Below are positions 50,088-59,771 of a stretch of DNA of 64,000 nucleotides, piece after piece. How positions within the stretch are numbered: position 1 is the first letter of the stretch; the number at the start of each line of letters is the position of its first letter. Source of the DNA: Terriglobia bacterium (GTDB lineage Bacteria > Acidobacteriota > Terriglobia > 20CM-2-55-15); the NCBI GenBank assembly GCA_965198225.1, contig CBDAOY010000009.1, positions 480,001 through 544,000 of the forward strand, in the 5' to 3' direction. The notes beneath the pieces were generated by a model. That model was given only the letters and a program-made list of their open reading frames with translations, did no database searches and was not told the origin of the DNA. The position numbers and the translations under genes were made by a program.

Positions 50088-51152
50088 ATGGCAGACAAAA
50101 ACGGCAAAACAGAAAAACCGACATCGATAAAGCGCCGGAGGGCCCAGGAAGACGGCCAGATTCCCTTTTCCTCGCAGGTGACCCAGACGGCCTCTCTGAT
50201 CTGCGGGATGGTCATGTTTGCCTGGGTGTTGAGCTTCCGGGGAGGGTTCAAGGGCTTCGTCGTGCGCCTGCTGGACAACGCTGTCATGGCCGACGACGCG
50301 CACCGCCTGGGCCTCCGGGTCATGAGTGATACCGCGGTCTACTTCGTGTTACTCGTCGCGCCGGTCCTGGCCGGCGCATGGGTGGGCGCCCTGGCCGGGG
50401 CCATCGTTCAGGGGATGCCCAAGTACGCCAGCAAAGCCCTGGAACCAAAGTGGGAGCGGCTTAACCCGAAGCAGGGTCTCCAGAAACTGAAGACCAAGAT
50501 CCAACCGGTCGAATGGGGGCGGTTGCTCGTCATGCTGGGGGTTCTGATAGTTGCGGTCTACACCACACTGTCGATGTACTGGCCGATCCTGCTGCGCTCG
50601 CCCGGTGTACCGATCGAGGCGTCCAACGATCTGCTCCGCACGGTGTTGATCCGGGTGCTGACCTACGTTCTCCCCCTGGTCGTCCTGGCAGTGATCGACC
50701 TCATCGTCGTGCGGTACCGGCATGAGAAGAGCCTCAAACAGACGAAATCGGAAGTCAAAGAAGACAACAAGCAGATGGACGGCAACCCTGAGGTCAAGGG
50801 GAAGGTTCGCTCCATCCAGCGTGAACAGGCCAAGCAGCGGATGATGGCCGCCGTCGAAGACGCCGACGTCATCATCACCAACCCGACGCACTACGCCGTC
50901 GCCCTCGAATACAAGCCCGACCTGATGGCCGCCCCGAAGGTGGTCGCCAAGGGTCAGGGCTGGCTCGCCGAGAAAATAAAAGAGGTGGGTCGGGAATATG
51001 ACATCCCCAGGGTGGAAAACGTCCCGCTGGCCCGTGCGCTCTACCGCAGCGTGGAGGTCGAGCAGGAGATACCGATGCACCTCTATAAGGCGGTTGCCGA
51101 GGTTCTGGCGTACGTCTTTAAAGTTCACAAACGCATGAAACGGAAGGTGTAA
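50088..51152 (+). CDS. flhB: flagellar biosynthesis protein FlhB
   Basis: KTEKPT, GNPEVK, NPTH cleavage motif, LARALY. Confidence 0.96.
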   Translation: MADKNGKTEKPTSIKRRRAQEDGQIPFSSQVTQTASLICGMVMFAWVLSFRGGFKGFVVRLLDNAVMADDAHRLGLRVMSDTAVYFVLLVAPVLAGAWVGALAGAIVQGMPKYASKALEPKWERLNPKQGLQKLKTKIQPVEWGRLLVMLGVLIVAVYTTLSMYWPILLRSPGVPIEASNDLLRTVLIRVLTYVLPLVVLAVIDLIVVRYRHEKSLKQTKSEVKEDNKQMDGNPEVKGKVRSIQREQAKQRMMAAVEDADVIITNPTHYAVALEYKPDLMAAPKVVAKGQGWLAEKIKEVGREYDIPRVENVPLARALYRSVEVEQEIPMHLYKAVAEVLAYVFKVHKRMKRKV

Positions 51153-51257
51153 CCGCACTCTGAGCGAGGTGCCCCGGAACGGGGCCGAGGCGCTCCGGAA
51201 CCACCTTGTGCGGTCTGGAAACAACGCGCAAGGAACGGGCCGATGGGGCTCCCGATC

Positions 51258-51274
51258 TTGGCATCCGGGTTGCA
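51258..51274 (+). promoter_or_regulatory. sigma54 promoter of the flhA operon
   Basis: TTGGCATCCGGGTTGCA. Confidence 0.75.
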
Positions 51275-51296
51275 TTAATTACGGCCGAGGGGGTCT

Positions 51297-53330
51297 ATGT
51301 TCAAATCACAAGCAGCAATGCCGGTGGTGGTGATAGTCATCCTGACTGCGCTGCTGGTGCCGTTGCCGACGATCTTCCTGGACATTCTGATTTCGGCGAA
51401 TGTTTCGCTGTCGGTCGTCGTTCTTCTGTCGTCCCTCTACGTCCTCAACCCGGTCAACTTCTCGGCATTCCCTTCGATCCTGCTGCTGACGACGCTGTTC
51501 CGGCTGTCGCTCAACATCGCTTCCACACGGTTGATTCTGCTCAACGGAGCCCAGGGTCTTTCGGCTGCCGGAGACGTCATTTCGGCGTTCGGGCAGTTCG
51601 TCGTCGGGGGTAACTATGCCGTCGGTATCATCATATTCCTCGTCCTGATCATCATCCAGTACGTCGTCATCAACCACGGTGCCGTCCGTATTTCGGAAGT
51701 CACTGCGCGCTTTACTTTGGATGCGTTACCGGGAAAGCAGCTCTCGATCGATGCGGATCTCAACGCCGGGATCATCGATCAGGAAGAAGCGCGCGAAAGG
51801 CGGGCGAGCGTCAGCAAGGAAGCCGACTTCTACGGCGCCATGGATGGCGCCATCCGGTTTACTCAGCGCGACGCGATGGCGTCGATCCTGATCACGCTGA
51901 TCAACATCATCGGCGGCCTGTTCATCGGGATGTTCCAGAACGACATGGAAGCCCTGGTCGCGCTCGAAACATTCACGATCCTGACGATCGGGGACGGACT
52001 CGTCACCGCTATCCCGTCGCTGCTGATTTCGATCTCCGGCGGTCTGATCACGACGCGGACAGCGGGAGAGTCGAGCCTTGGGGAGGAAGTCGGGGGCCAG
52101 CTGTTCGCGAACTCCAAACCGATCTTCTTCGCTTGCGCGATCGTCGGGGGTCTGGGGTTGGTGCCGGGACTGCCGACGCTGGCTTTCCTGACGCTCGGAA
52201 GCGTGCTCGGCACGATCGGATTTGCCGTGCAGCGCGCCGAGAAGGACAGCGAGCTCGAACCGGTCGTCGAAGCCCCCGAACCGGACGAGGGGACGGTGGA
52301 TCGCGCGACCGCCTTCTTGAAGATCGACAGCCTTGCCGTGGAGATCGGTTACGGTCTGGTCGGCATCGTCGATGCCCAGCAGGGCGGCGATTTCCTTGGT
52401 CGAATCCGATCCATCCGAAAGCAGCTCGCCCAGGAACTGGGAATGATCGTTCCTCCCGTCAACATTACCGACAACCTGAAGCTCGGCGCCCGCGAGTACA
52501 CGATCCTCCTGAAGGGAATCGACATCGGTCGTGGCGAGTTGATGATGGACCGGTTCATGGCAATCGACCCCGGCAATACCACCGGGACGATCGAAGGGTC
52601 GCCGACCCAGGAGCCCACCTTCGGCCTCCCTGCATTCTGGATCACGAAAGAAAACAAAGAGCGTGCCCAGTTGATGAACTACACGGTGGTCGATGCTTCG
52701 ACCATCCTGGCCACGCATCTCACGGAAATGATCCGGTCGTACGCGCACGAACTGCTTGGACGGCAGGAAGTTAAGACACTGATCGATCATGTCGGTGAGA
52801 CCCACCCGAAACTGATCGAAGAGCTCGTGCCGCACACGCTCTCGGTCGGCGAGATCCAGAAAGTGCTGCAGAGCCTGCTCCGCGAGAAAGTTTCCATCCG
52901 GGATCTCGTGACGATATTCGAGAGCCTGGCCGACTACGGCGCTCGGACCAAGGATCCGGTCACATTGACCGAGGCCGTCCGCGCGACGCTGAGTCGATCG
53001 ATCACGAAGCCCCTCCTGAACGAAACCGGCGAGCTCCCGATCATTTCGCTGTCGCCGGAGTGGGAGGGCAGGCTCAAGGAAGCAATGATCGCCGATGAGG
53101 GCGGAGCGTACCTGGCCTTGGATTCCAAAGGGTTCGAAGAGTTGGTTCAGGCTTTGAGCGAAACGTGTCAGAAGCTGACGTCGTCCCAGTGGACGCTGTT
53201 GTGTTCGAGCACCGTGCGTTACCACGTTCGCAAGCTGATCGAGAGATTCATACCGCAGCTGACGGTTGTTTCGCCGAATGACATCCCGCCGAACCTTCAG
53301 ATTGTTTCGCAAGGAGTTGTTGGACAATGA
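51297..53330 (+). CDS. flhA: flagellar biosynthesis protein FlhA
   Basis: ARFTLDALPGKQ, FYGAMDGA, TIGDGLV, SIRDL. Confidence 0.97.
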   Translation: MFKSQAAMPVVVIVILTALLVPLPTIFLDILISANVSLSVVVLLSSLYVLNPVNFSAFPSILLLTTLFRLSLNIASTRLILLNGAQGLSAAGDVISAFGQFVVGGNYAVGIIIFLVLIIIQYVVINHGAVRISEVTARFTLDALPGKQLSIDADLNAGIIDQEEARERRASVSKEADFYGAMDGAIRFTQRDAMASILITLINIIGGLFIGMFQNDMEALVALETFTILTIGDGLVTAIPSLLISISGGLITTRTAGESSLGEEVGGQLFANSKPIFFACAIVGGLGLVPGLPTLAFLTLGSVLGTIGFAVQRAEKDSELEPVVEAPEPDEGTVDRATAFLKIDSLAVEIGYGLVGIVDAQQGGDFLGRIRSIRKQLAQELGMIVPPVNITDNLKLGAREYTILLKGIDIGRGELMMDRFMAIDPGNTTGTIEGSPTQEPTFGLPAFWITKENKERAQLMNYTVVDASTILATHLTEMIRSYAHELLGRQEVKTLIDHVGETHPKLIEELVPHTLSVGEIQKVLQSLLREKVSIRDLVTIFESLADYGARTKDPVTLTEAVRATLSRSITKPLLNETGELPIISLSPEWEGRLKEAMIADEGGAYLALDSKGFEELVQALSETCQKLTSSQWTLLCSSTVRYHVRKLIERFIPQLTVVSPNDIPPNLQIVSQGVVGQ

Positions 53331-54553
53331 GAGTGAAGACTTACCAGACGCGGTCCATTCAAGAGGCCGTCGAACACATCAAACGCGACTTCGGCGCCGA
53401 AGCCATGATTCTCGGCACGCGGCCCGTTTCCAGCCGTAGGCCCTGGGGGATCCGTCGCCGCCGGTGGGAGGTTACCGCGGGAATCCCGGAGCCGAAACCT
53501 GAGTCCAACCCCGTCGACAAAGCCGCCGAGTCCGTGCCCGACAGCGTCGAGATCGGGACGAGGGCTTCGGAGCCAGCCGAAGCGGACGCAGCTAAAGAGG
53601 CCGCCGTCGATGTCGCCGGCCCGGCCATGTCGGAGTTGGAAGCGCCGTCGCGCCTGATCCGCAAAGCCGAGTCCCGCATCGAAGAAGTGCTCGAGGAAAT
53701 CGACGAATTGAAGCGTTCCGTTCGGTTCCTGGGACAGGCGATCCCCAACCAGGCTGTAGCGGGCCGGGAAACCTACGCCGAGTTGGTTGGACAGGGGGTC
53801 GACCCCGAATTCGCAGAGAAGTTGATCGCCAGCGCGACGCGTATCGACGGAGCTCCCGGTAAGACCCGCGATGCGGTTCGGGCGCTCCTCAAAGAGATGT
53901 TGACCATCGAGCCTCCGGTGGAATTGCAGGCCAGGAAGCGAGTCATCAGCGTCTTCATCGGACCGACCGGTGTGGGCAAGACGACGGCGGTCGCTAAACT
54001 CGCGGCCCAGGCTTCTCTGCGTTACGGAAAGAAGGTGGCGCTGATCTCTACCGACGCGCAGCGGGTGAACGGACAGGAACAGCTCTCCCGCTACGCCCAG
54101 CTGCTGAATGTCCCGTCCTTCAAGTGCTCCGACACGGACGCCCTGAAGGAAATGGTCCAGTCCCTCGAGGACTACAGCCTCATCCTGATCGACACGGCCG
54201 GATGCAGCCCGTCAGACCTGGCCCGGCTGGACCGCCTGCAACTTGGGCTGGAGGGTCTCGGAGCGAGGGTTCAGCTCGTGCTGAGCGCGACCACCAAATC
54301 TGAAGACGTGGCGAAGATCCACAAGCGTTTTCAACGTTTTTCACCGAATTCGGTGGTGTTTACAAAGATGGACGAGACCGATTCGCGAGGCAGCGTGGTC
54401 GGCGAGCTCTTGCGCTATCTGTTGCCGGTTTCGTTCTTGAGCAACGGACAACGCGTCCCGGAAGACCTCCTGATTCCGACCGGGTCCGAACTGGCCGGAT
54501 ACATGTTGCCGGTACAGCTGGATCGCTCGTCGCGGCACGCGCGGGGGCAGTGA
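53327..54553 (+). CDS. flhF: flagellar SRP-type GTPase FlhF
   Basis: GPTGVGKTT, DTAG, TKMDE, GQRVPEDL. Confidence 0.93.
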   Translation: MRVKTYQTRSIQEAVEHIKRDFGAEAMILGTRPVSSRRPWGIRRRRWEVTAGIPEPKPESNPVDKAAESVPDSVEIGTRASEPAEADAAKEAAVDVAGPAMSELEAPSRLIRKAESRIEEVLEEIDELKRSVRFLGQAIPNQAVAGRETYAELVGQGVDPEFAEKLIASATRIDGAPGKTRDAVRALLKEMLTIEPPVELQARKRVISVFIGPTGVGKTTAVAKLAAQASLRYGKKVALISTDAQRVNGQEQLSRYAQLLNVPSFKCSDTDALKEMVQSLEDYSLILIDTAGCSPSDLARLDRLQLGLEGLGARVQLVLSATTKSEDVAKIHKRFQRFSPNSVVFTKMDETDSRGSVVGELLRYLLPVSFLSNGQRVPEDLLIPTGSELAGYMLPVQLDRSSRHARGQ

Positions 54554-54608
54554 ACGAGAGCATGTGGATCGCTGCCGATAGTTGGCATCCGAACAGTAGG
54601 AAGTTTCT

Positions 54609-55358
54609 ATGACGACGATTGCAAGAGATGACCTGATCAATGAAGCGCTACCGCTCATCAACCACATCGCCCACCGGGTTGCGGTTCGACTTCCCCGGAG
54701 CGTCGAGATCCGGGACCTGGTCAATGCCGGTGTACTCGGGTTGTTGGACGCGGTCGATAAGTTCGATCCGGAACGCAACGTGAAGTTCAAGACGTATGCG
54801 GAGCTGAGAATCCGAGGCGCGATGCTCGACAGCCTCCGCGACCTGGATTGGGCGCCGCGCTCGCTCCGTAAAAAGAGCAAGGACCTGGAGAAGATCTACG
54901 CGGACCTCCAGCAACGTCTCGGTCGTCCGGCGACCGACGAAGAGGTCTGTGAAGAGCTCGGCGGCGACATGGAGCAGTTCCACTCCCTTGTCGACCAGTT
55001 GAACGGCTTGAGCATCGGATCGTTCGAAGACATCGGTGCCGACCGCGAAGACGGTTCCGGCGAGAGTTTCATCAACTACTACGCCGACGACGGCGACAAC
55101 GACCCCTACATGGAGTTCGAGCGCGGGGAACTGGGGGCCGTGCTCGGGGAGGCCATCGAGACCCTCCCGGAGAGGGAACGCCTCGTCCTGTCGCTCTACT
55201 ACTACGAAGAGTTCACGATGAAGGAGATCGGAGCCGTTCTCGGGGTGAACGAGTCTCGAGTTTCACAGCTCCATACCAAGGCGACGCTCCGTCTGAGATC
55301 CAAGCTCAAGAAAGTCTCTCCCGGCGTTGAGTCCTCCCTGCAGCTGATGAGTGAGTGA
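54609..55358 (+). CDS. fliA: RNA polymerase sigma28 FliA
   Basis: RIRGAMLDSLRDLDWAPRSLR, LGVNESRVSQLH. Confidence 0.96.
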   Translation: MTTIARDDLINEALPLINHIAHRVAVRLPRSVEIRDLVNAGVLGLLDAVDKFDPERNVKFKTYAELRIRGAMLDSLRDLDWAPRSLRKKSKDLEKIYADLQQRLGRPATDEEVCEELGGDMEQFHSLVDQLNGLSIGSFEDIGADREDGSGESFINYYADDGDNDPYMEFERGELGAVLGEAIETLPERERLVLSLYYYEEFTMKEIGAVLGVNESRVSQLHTKATLRLRSKLKKVSPGVESSLQLMSE

Positions 55359-56242
55359 TGGAAAAAAAAGTACAGGCGTACAACTACAAACGTCCAGACC
55401 GTATCTCGAAGAACCAGCTACGTTCGCTTCACTTCGTCCATGATCGTTTCGCGAGGAACATTTCGTCGGCAGTCTCGGCGTACCTGCGAAAGGTCGTTGA
55501 AATCACCCTGGATACCATCGACCAGACGACCTACGCGGAGTTTCTTTCCTCGGCTTCCGACCCGACCTGCTATTCGGCCGTTGCGTTGAAGCCGTTGGAG
55601 GGGTCGGCCGCGCTGGAGATCGCCCCGGAAGCGATCTTCACGATTATCGACCGCATGCTCGGGGGTAAGGGCGAGCCGATGGAAAACGTTCGCGCGATGA
55701 CCGAAATCGAGCAGAACGTCGTCCAGACGATCCTGAAACTCGTTGTCGACAACCTCAAGGAGGCCTGGAGGCAGATCTACGCGATCGAGTTTGCGATCAC
55801 GGCCACGGAAACGCATCCACACATGATCCAGATCGTTTCACCCAACGAGATGGTGGTCGTATTCGCCTTCCAGATGCGCACGCGGGACTGCACTGCCAAG
55901 ATCAGCCTGGCCTTCCCGACGCTGGTACTGGAACCGATCATCCACATCTTCGACAAGGAATTGACCGGCCCAAAGAAGACCGCAGCCGGGTCGTCGCTGG
56001 CCGCCAACGTGCATAAGGTGCCTGTGAACGTCTCGATCGAGACAGCAGAAACATACTTTCCGATGCGGTCGGTATTGTCGCTCGAGGAAGGCGACACCCT
56101 TGTGCTCGAGCAGCGGAAGGACCTGCCGATCGTACTGCGCATCGCCGGCAAGAACAAATTGCAGGCAAACGCGCGACTCGAGGCCAGCAGTAAGGCCTTT
56201 GAGATCGTGGAAGCGGTAAAGGTAGCAACCGGAGATCTCTAA
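55358..56242 (+). CDS. fliM: flagellar motor switch protein FliM
   Basis: YNYKRPDRISK, DRMLGG, RAMTEIEQ. Confidence 0.9.
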   Translation: MEKKVQAYNYKRPDRISKNQLRSLHFVHDRFARNISSAVSAYLRKVVEITLDTIDQTTYAEFLSSASDPTCYSAVALKPLEGSAALEIAPEAIFTIIDRMLGGKGEPMENVRAMTEIEQNVVQTILKLVVDNLKEAWRQIYAIEFAITATETHPHMIQIVSPNEMVVVFAFQMRTRDCTAKISLAFPTLVLEPIIHIFDKELTGPKKTAAGSSLAANVHKVPVNVSIETAETYFPMRSVLSLEEGDTLVLEQRKDLPIVLRIAGKNKLQANARLEASSKAFEIVEAVKVATGDL

Positions 56243-56527
56243 TGGAAAACGTTCCCGAAAACGAGAACACAGGCGCCGATCGGAACATGGATGTCTTCAT
56301 GGACCTTCAGCTGGCGGCCTCGATCCGCTTCGGCGAGACCGAAATGCTGATCGAGGACGTCATCAAGCTGGGCGTAGCAACCGGAGATCTCTAATGGAAA
56401 ACGTTCCCGAAAACGAGAACACAGGCGCCGATCGGAACATGGATGTCTTCATGGACCTTCAGCTGGCGGCCTCGATCCGCTTCGGCGAGACCGAAATGCT
56501 GATCGAGGACGTCATCAAGCTGGGCGT
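56222..56527. repeat. exact 152-bp tandem duplication (fliM end plus fliN start), giving a truncated fliN copy at 56242-56394
   Basis: Two identical copies, period 152, 2-bp (GT) junction microhomology. Confidence 0.9.
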
Positions 56528-56693
56528 CGGTTCAGTCATCGAGTTGAACTCGAGTATCGACGAGCCCGTCGAACTGGTCGTCAACGGCCGGCCCCTTGCC
56601 CGGGGTGAAGTGGTCATCGTCGACGGGTTCTACGGAATCAGAATTACGGAGCTTTGCAGTGGCGACAAACGTCTTCTTGCTTTCGACGCCTGA
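56394..56693 (+). CDS. fliN: flagellar motor switch protein FliN (second copy)
   Basis: GSVIELN, EPVELVVNGRPLARGEVVIVDG.YGIRITE. Confidence 0.9.
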   Translation: MENVPENENTGADRNMDVFMDLQLAASIRFGETEMLIEDVIKLGVGSVIELNSSIDEPVELVVNGRPLARGEVVIVDGFYGIRITELCSGDKRLLAFDA

Positions 56694-57066
56694 GAAGATC
56701 GGCATCTACCTGGCGTTGGCCCTCTGCGGCCTTTCGATTCTGCTGCTTGCGCTGCATGTGCAACGTAAGTTCATGCGGGCCGGCGGCGCCCTGTCCAGCC
56801 TGAACAAGGAGTGGGAGGACGCGCAGTCGAAGTTCTTCCAGATCGCGGAAGTGGCGGAGCACCGGATGGAGGCTCTCGACCCGAACGCGGGCAGCCCCAT
56901 CCCGCCCCAGCCGAGGGGTGAAGTCACCTTCGATGTTCGCAGTCATGTCGCGGCGATGGGAAAGCGGGGACTCGACTCTCCGGAGATCGCCCGATCGGCG
57001 GGCCTGAGCGAGGGTGAAGTCGAAGTGCTCCTCGGGATGTCGCGGATTGCGGACAGGAAAAAATAG
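56677..57066 (+). CDS. membrane-anchored flagellar-cluster protein, DUF2802-like C-terminus; start uncertain
   Basis: N-terminal TM; GLDSPEIARSAGLSEGEVEVLL. Confidence 0.55.
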   Translation: MLSTPEKIGIYLALALCGLSILLLALHVQRKFMRAGGALSSLNKEWEDAQSKFFQIAEVAEHRMEALDPNAGSPIPPQPRGEVTFDVRSHVAAMGKRGLDSPEIARSAGLSEGEVEVLLGMSRIADRKK

Positions 57067-57206
57067 CCAGGTAGGTCTTTTCTTCCTATCGGCAGATCGT
57101 CGCTAGTTCTTCAGCCGGAAGTGCGGGACCGGGAGAAAATTCTTCAAGATGCTGAATATAAAGCAGGCTCGGATTCCCGGACTCGGCCTCCATCCCCGAA
57201 CCTCCT

Positions 57207-57223
57207 CTGGAACCGGGGTTGCA
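57207..57223 (+). promoter_or_regulatory. sigma54 promoter of the flgF operon
   Basis: CTGGAACCGGGGTTGCA. Confidence 0.65.
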
Positions 57224-57277
57224 CTACCGATCTTCAGAGCTGCGCCGCCCAGAGTGCAGCCAAAGTGAGTTGTTGTT

Positions 57278-57985
57278 ATGAATGACGCCGTATTTACCGC
57301 CTACGAGGCCCTGGAAGCGAGGATGAAGATGGTCGACATCATCGCCAACAACCTCGCCAACGCCCAGACGACCGGTTTCAAACGCGACTTCGGTCAAGTC
57401 CTCGAAGAAGCCACCGCAACAGCAACCAACATCGAAGTCTACAGCCTCGTGGACCTGGCACCCGGAGAACTGGTGACGACGGGCAACGAGCTGGATGCCG
57501 CCATCGACGGTCCCGGTTTCTTTGCAATCGAAACCGACAACGGTACCCGGTATACGCGCAACGGCAGTTTCTCGGTCAACGCCGACGGTGAACTCGTCCT
57601 GAAAGACGGCCTTCGGGTTCTTTCCGACGGCGACACTCCGATTTTCGTCGGCACCGGCAAGGTCTCGATCCAGGATGGAGGCGACGTCCTCGTCGACGGC
57701 AACGTGGTGTCTACGCTCCGGATCGTCGATTTCAACGATCCCAAGTACCTTCGGAAAGAAGGCATGTTCCGTCTTGAATGGACCGGTGCTGCCCTCGACG
57801 TGGCCGATGTACTCGAGCCCAGAATCAAGAGTGGTCATCTGGAGAAATCCAACGTCAGACCGATCAGCGAGATGATCGAGCTCATGGGAGCTTATCGAGA
57901 GTTTGAATCGGTCGCCCAGACCTTGAGGTCCGTCACGACGGAGATGGACAAACAGTTACTAGCCGAGTTGGCTGACCTTATGTAG
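57278..57985 (+). CDS. flgF: flagellar rod protein FlgF
   Basis: ANNLANAQTTGFK, TGNELD, YTRNGSF, LEKSNV; precedes flgG. Confidence 0.9.
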   Translation: MNDAVFTAYEALEARMKMVDIIANNLANAQTTGFKRDFGQVLEEATATATNIEVYSLVDLAPGELVTTGNELDAAIDGPGFFAIETDNGTRYTRNGSFSVNADGELVLKDGLRVLSDGDTPIFVGTGKVSIQDGGDVLVDGNVVSTLRIVDFNDPKYLRKEGMFRLEWTGAALDVADVLEPRIKSGHLEKSNVRPISEMIELMGAYREFESVAQTLRSVTTEMDKQLLAELADLM

Positions 57986-58068
57986 CGCTTAGCTATTAGC
58001 GATTGGCTTTTGGCCGCTAACAGCTAACAGCCAATAGCCAACAGCGACAAAGCCAAATAGGAGTTCAA

Positions 58069-58857
58069 ATGTTAAGAGCCCTCCACACGGCCGCGACAGG
58101 AATGCAGGCCCAACAGATCAACATCGACACGATCGCCAACAACATCGCGAACGTGAATACGACCGGGTTCAAACAGTCGCGCGCGGAGTTCCAGGATCTT
58201 CTATATCAGGACCTCCGGCCCGCCGGGACCGCTTCTTCGAGTTCGACGGAGTACCCGACCGGGCTGCAGCTTGGCCTGGGAACGATGCCCGTCGCCACGG
58301 CCCGAGATTACAGCCAGGGGGACTTCAGACAGACCGACAACCCGCTCGATGTCGTCATCGCCGGGAAAGGTTTCTTCCAGGTGGCACTTCCCAGCGGCGA
58401 GACCGGCTACACGCGTGATGGCTCTTTCCATGTTGATCAGGCAGGGAACCTGGTGACGGCCGACGGTAATCCGCTCGAGCCGGCGATCACGATTCCGGCC
58501 GAGGCTCAGGGCATCGTCATCGGCGCCGACGGCACGGTCTCGGTGACGCAGCACGGACAGACCGACGCTCAACAGGTCGGCACGCTCCAGATCGCCGACT
58601 TCCAGAATCCGGCGGGACTGAGCGCGATCGGTCGCAATCTGCTGTTGCCCACCACCGCATCGGGAGACCCGATTGCGGGAACCCCGGGAGAATCCGGTCT
58701 CGGCTTGCTGAATCAAGGGTTTCTCGAGCAATCGAACGTGAACGTCGTCGAGGAAATGGTCAACATGATCATCGCCCAGCGTGCCTATGAGGTGAACTCC
58801 CGGGCGGTCAGAGTCGCCGACGACATGCTGCAACAGGTCAACAACCTCGTCCGGTAA
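58069..58857 (+). CDS. flgG: flagellar distal rod protein FlgG
   Basis: [23 protein letters not shown]. Confidence 0.96.
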   Translation: MLRALHTAATGMQAQQINIDTIANNIANVNTTGFKQSRAEFQDLLYQDLRPAGTASSSSTEYPTGLQLGLGTMPVATARDYSQGDFRQTDNPLDVVIAGKGFFQVALPSGETGYTRDGSFHVDQAGNLVTADGNPLEPAITIPAEAQGIVIGADGTVSVTQHGQTDAQQVGTLQIADFQNPAGLSAIGRNLLLPTTASGDPIAGTPGESGLGLLNQGFLEQSNVNVVEEMVNMIIAQRAYEVNSRAVRVADDMLQQVNNLVR

Positions 58858-58865
58858 TCGAGGGA

Positions 58866-59771
58866 GTGATTAACATGATCGCATTAGCACTGACTCTTCT
58901 CTGCTGCCTGACGGCACCCGCGGAAGTGAGTATCGACAAAGAGGCCATGGTCCTCGGAGATCTCATCGAATTCCCAGCCGGCGACCTGCGCGCGACGCTG
59001 CCACTCGGACGCGCTCCGAATCCAGGGCTTGCCCGCCGGCTCCACGACTACGAGATTCTCGGCAAACTGAGAACCTCGGGCCTGCGCTCAGACGATCTCA
59101 AGTTGCCCGCCGCGGTCCTCATCCGTCGGCGATCCGCCAGGCTCGGTCGCGAGGACGTCTGGAATGAGGTGTCTGACCTCTTCGGGCGCACCTACCCGGA
59201 CGGGAGAGTCGAGATTCTGGACCTGCAGATACCCGCGATAGAGGTGGCGACGGGCCGCATCGAGCTCGCGGCGACGTTGCCGTCGGGCTTTAACCCTGAC
59301 GGCCTCATCTCGGTTCGACTGGACATCCGCGGAGAAAGCTTTGCGCGATCGGCCTTCATACCGACGCGAGTTCGGATCGAGACACCCCAACCGGTTCTGA
59401 CAGGCGCTGTACGAGCGCATTCGCAGCTTGCTCAGAGCGACGTCGAGTGGCGCTTGATGCCGCTCAGCACTATCAAGGATGCGGTGGGATCCTTCGACGA
59501 GATCCGCGGGAAGCTCGCCAAACGGGACCTGGAAGCCGGCGCCATCCTGACCAGCCGTCAGCTCTATTCTCCGGTGCTGGTACGCCGGGGCGACGCCGTT
59601 GTGGTGCTTGCCCGAGTAGGCGGCATCACGGTGTCCGCGATGATGCGGGCGCGCTCGGCGGGACAGTACGGGGACACGATTATCGTCGAACACCTGAACC
59701 GCGACGGAAGCACCACGGCCCGCATCACCGGCCAGGGAACAGTCGAAGCACTCGTAGGGGGACAGCGATGA
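58866..59771 (+). CDS. flgA: P-ring formation chaperone FlgA
   Basis: Signal peptide, SAF domain, LVRRGD.V; between flgG and flgH. Confidence 0.85.
   Translation: MINMIALALTLLCCLTAPAEVSIDKEAMVLGDLIEFPAGDLRATLPLGRAPNPGLARRLHDYEILGKLRTSGLRSDDLKLPAAVLIRRRSARLGREDVWNEVSDLFGRTYPDGRVEILDLQIPAIEVATGRIELAATLPSGFNPDGLISVRLDIRGESFARSAFIPTRVRIETPQPVLTGAVRAHSQLAQSDVEWRLMPLSTIKDAVGSFDEIRGKLAKRDLEAGAILTSRQLYSPVLVRRGDAVVVLARVGGITVSAMMRARSAGQYGDTIIVEHLNRDGSTTARITGQGTVEALVGGQR

Noticed and set aside
54582-54598. Internal sigma54 promoter before fliA (TTGGCATCCGAACAGTA)
   Set aside because: The -12 element reads GT rather than GC and lies too close to the start codon; too weak to call.
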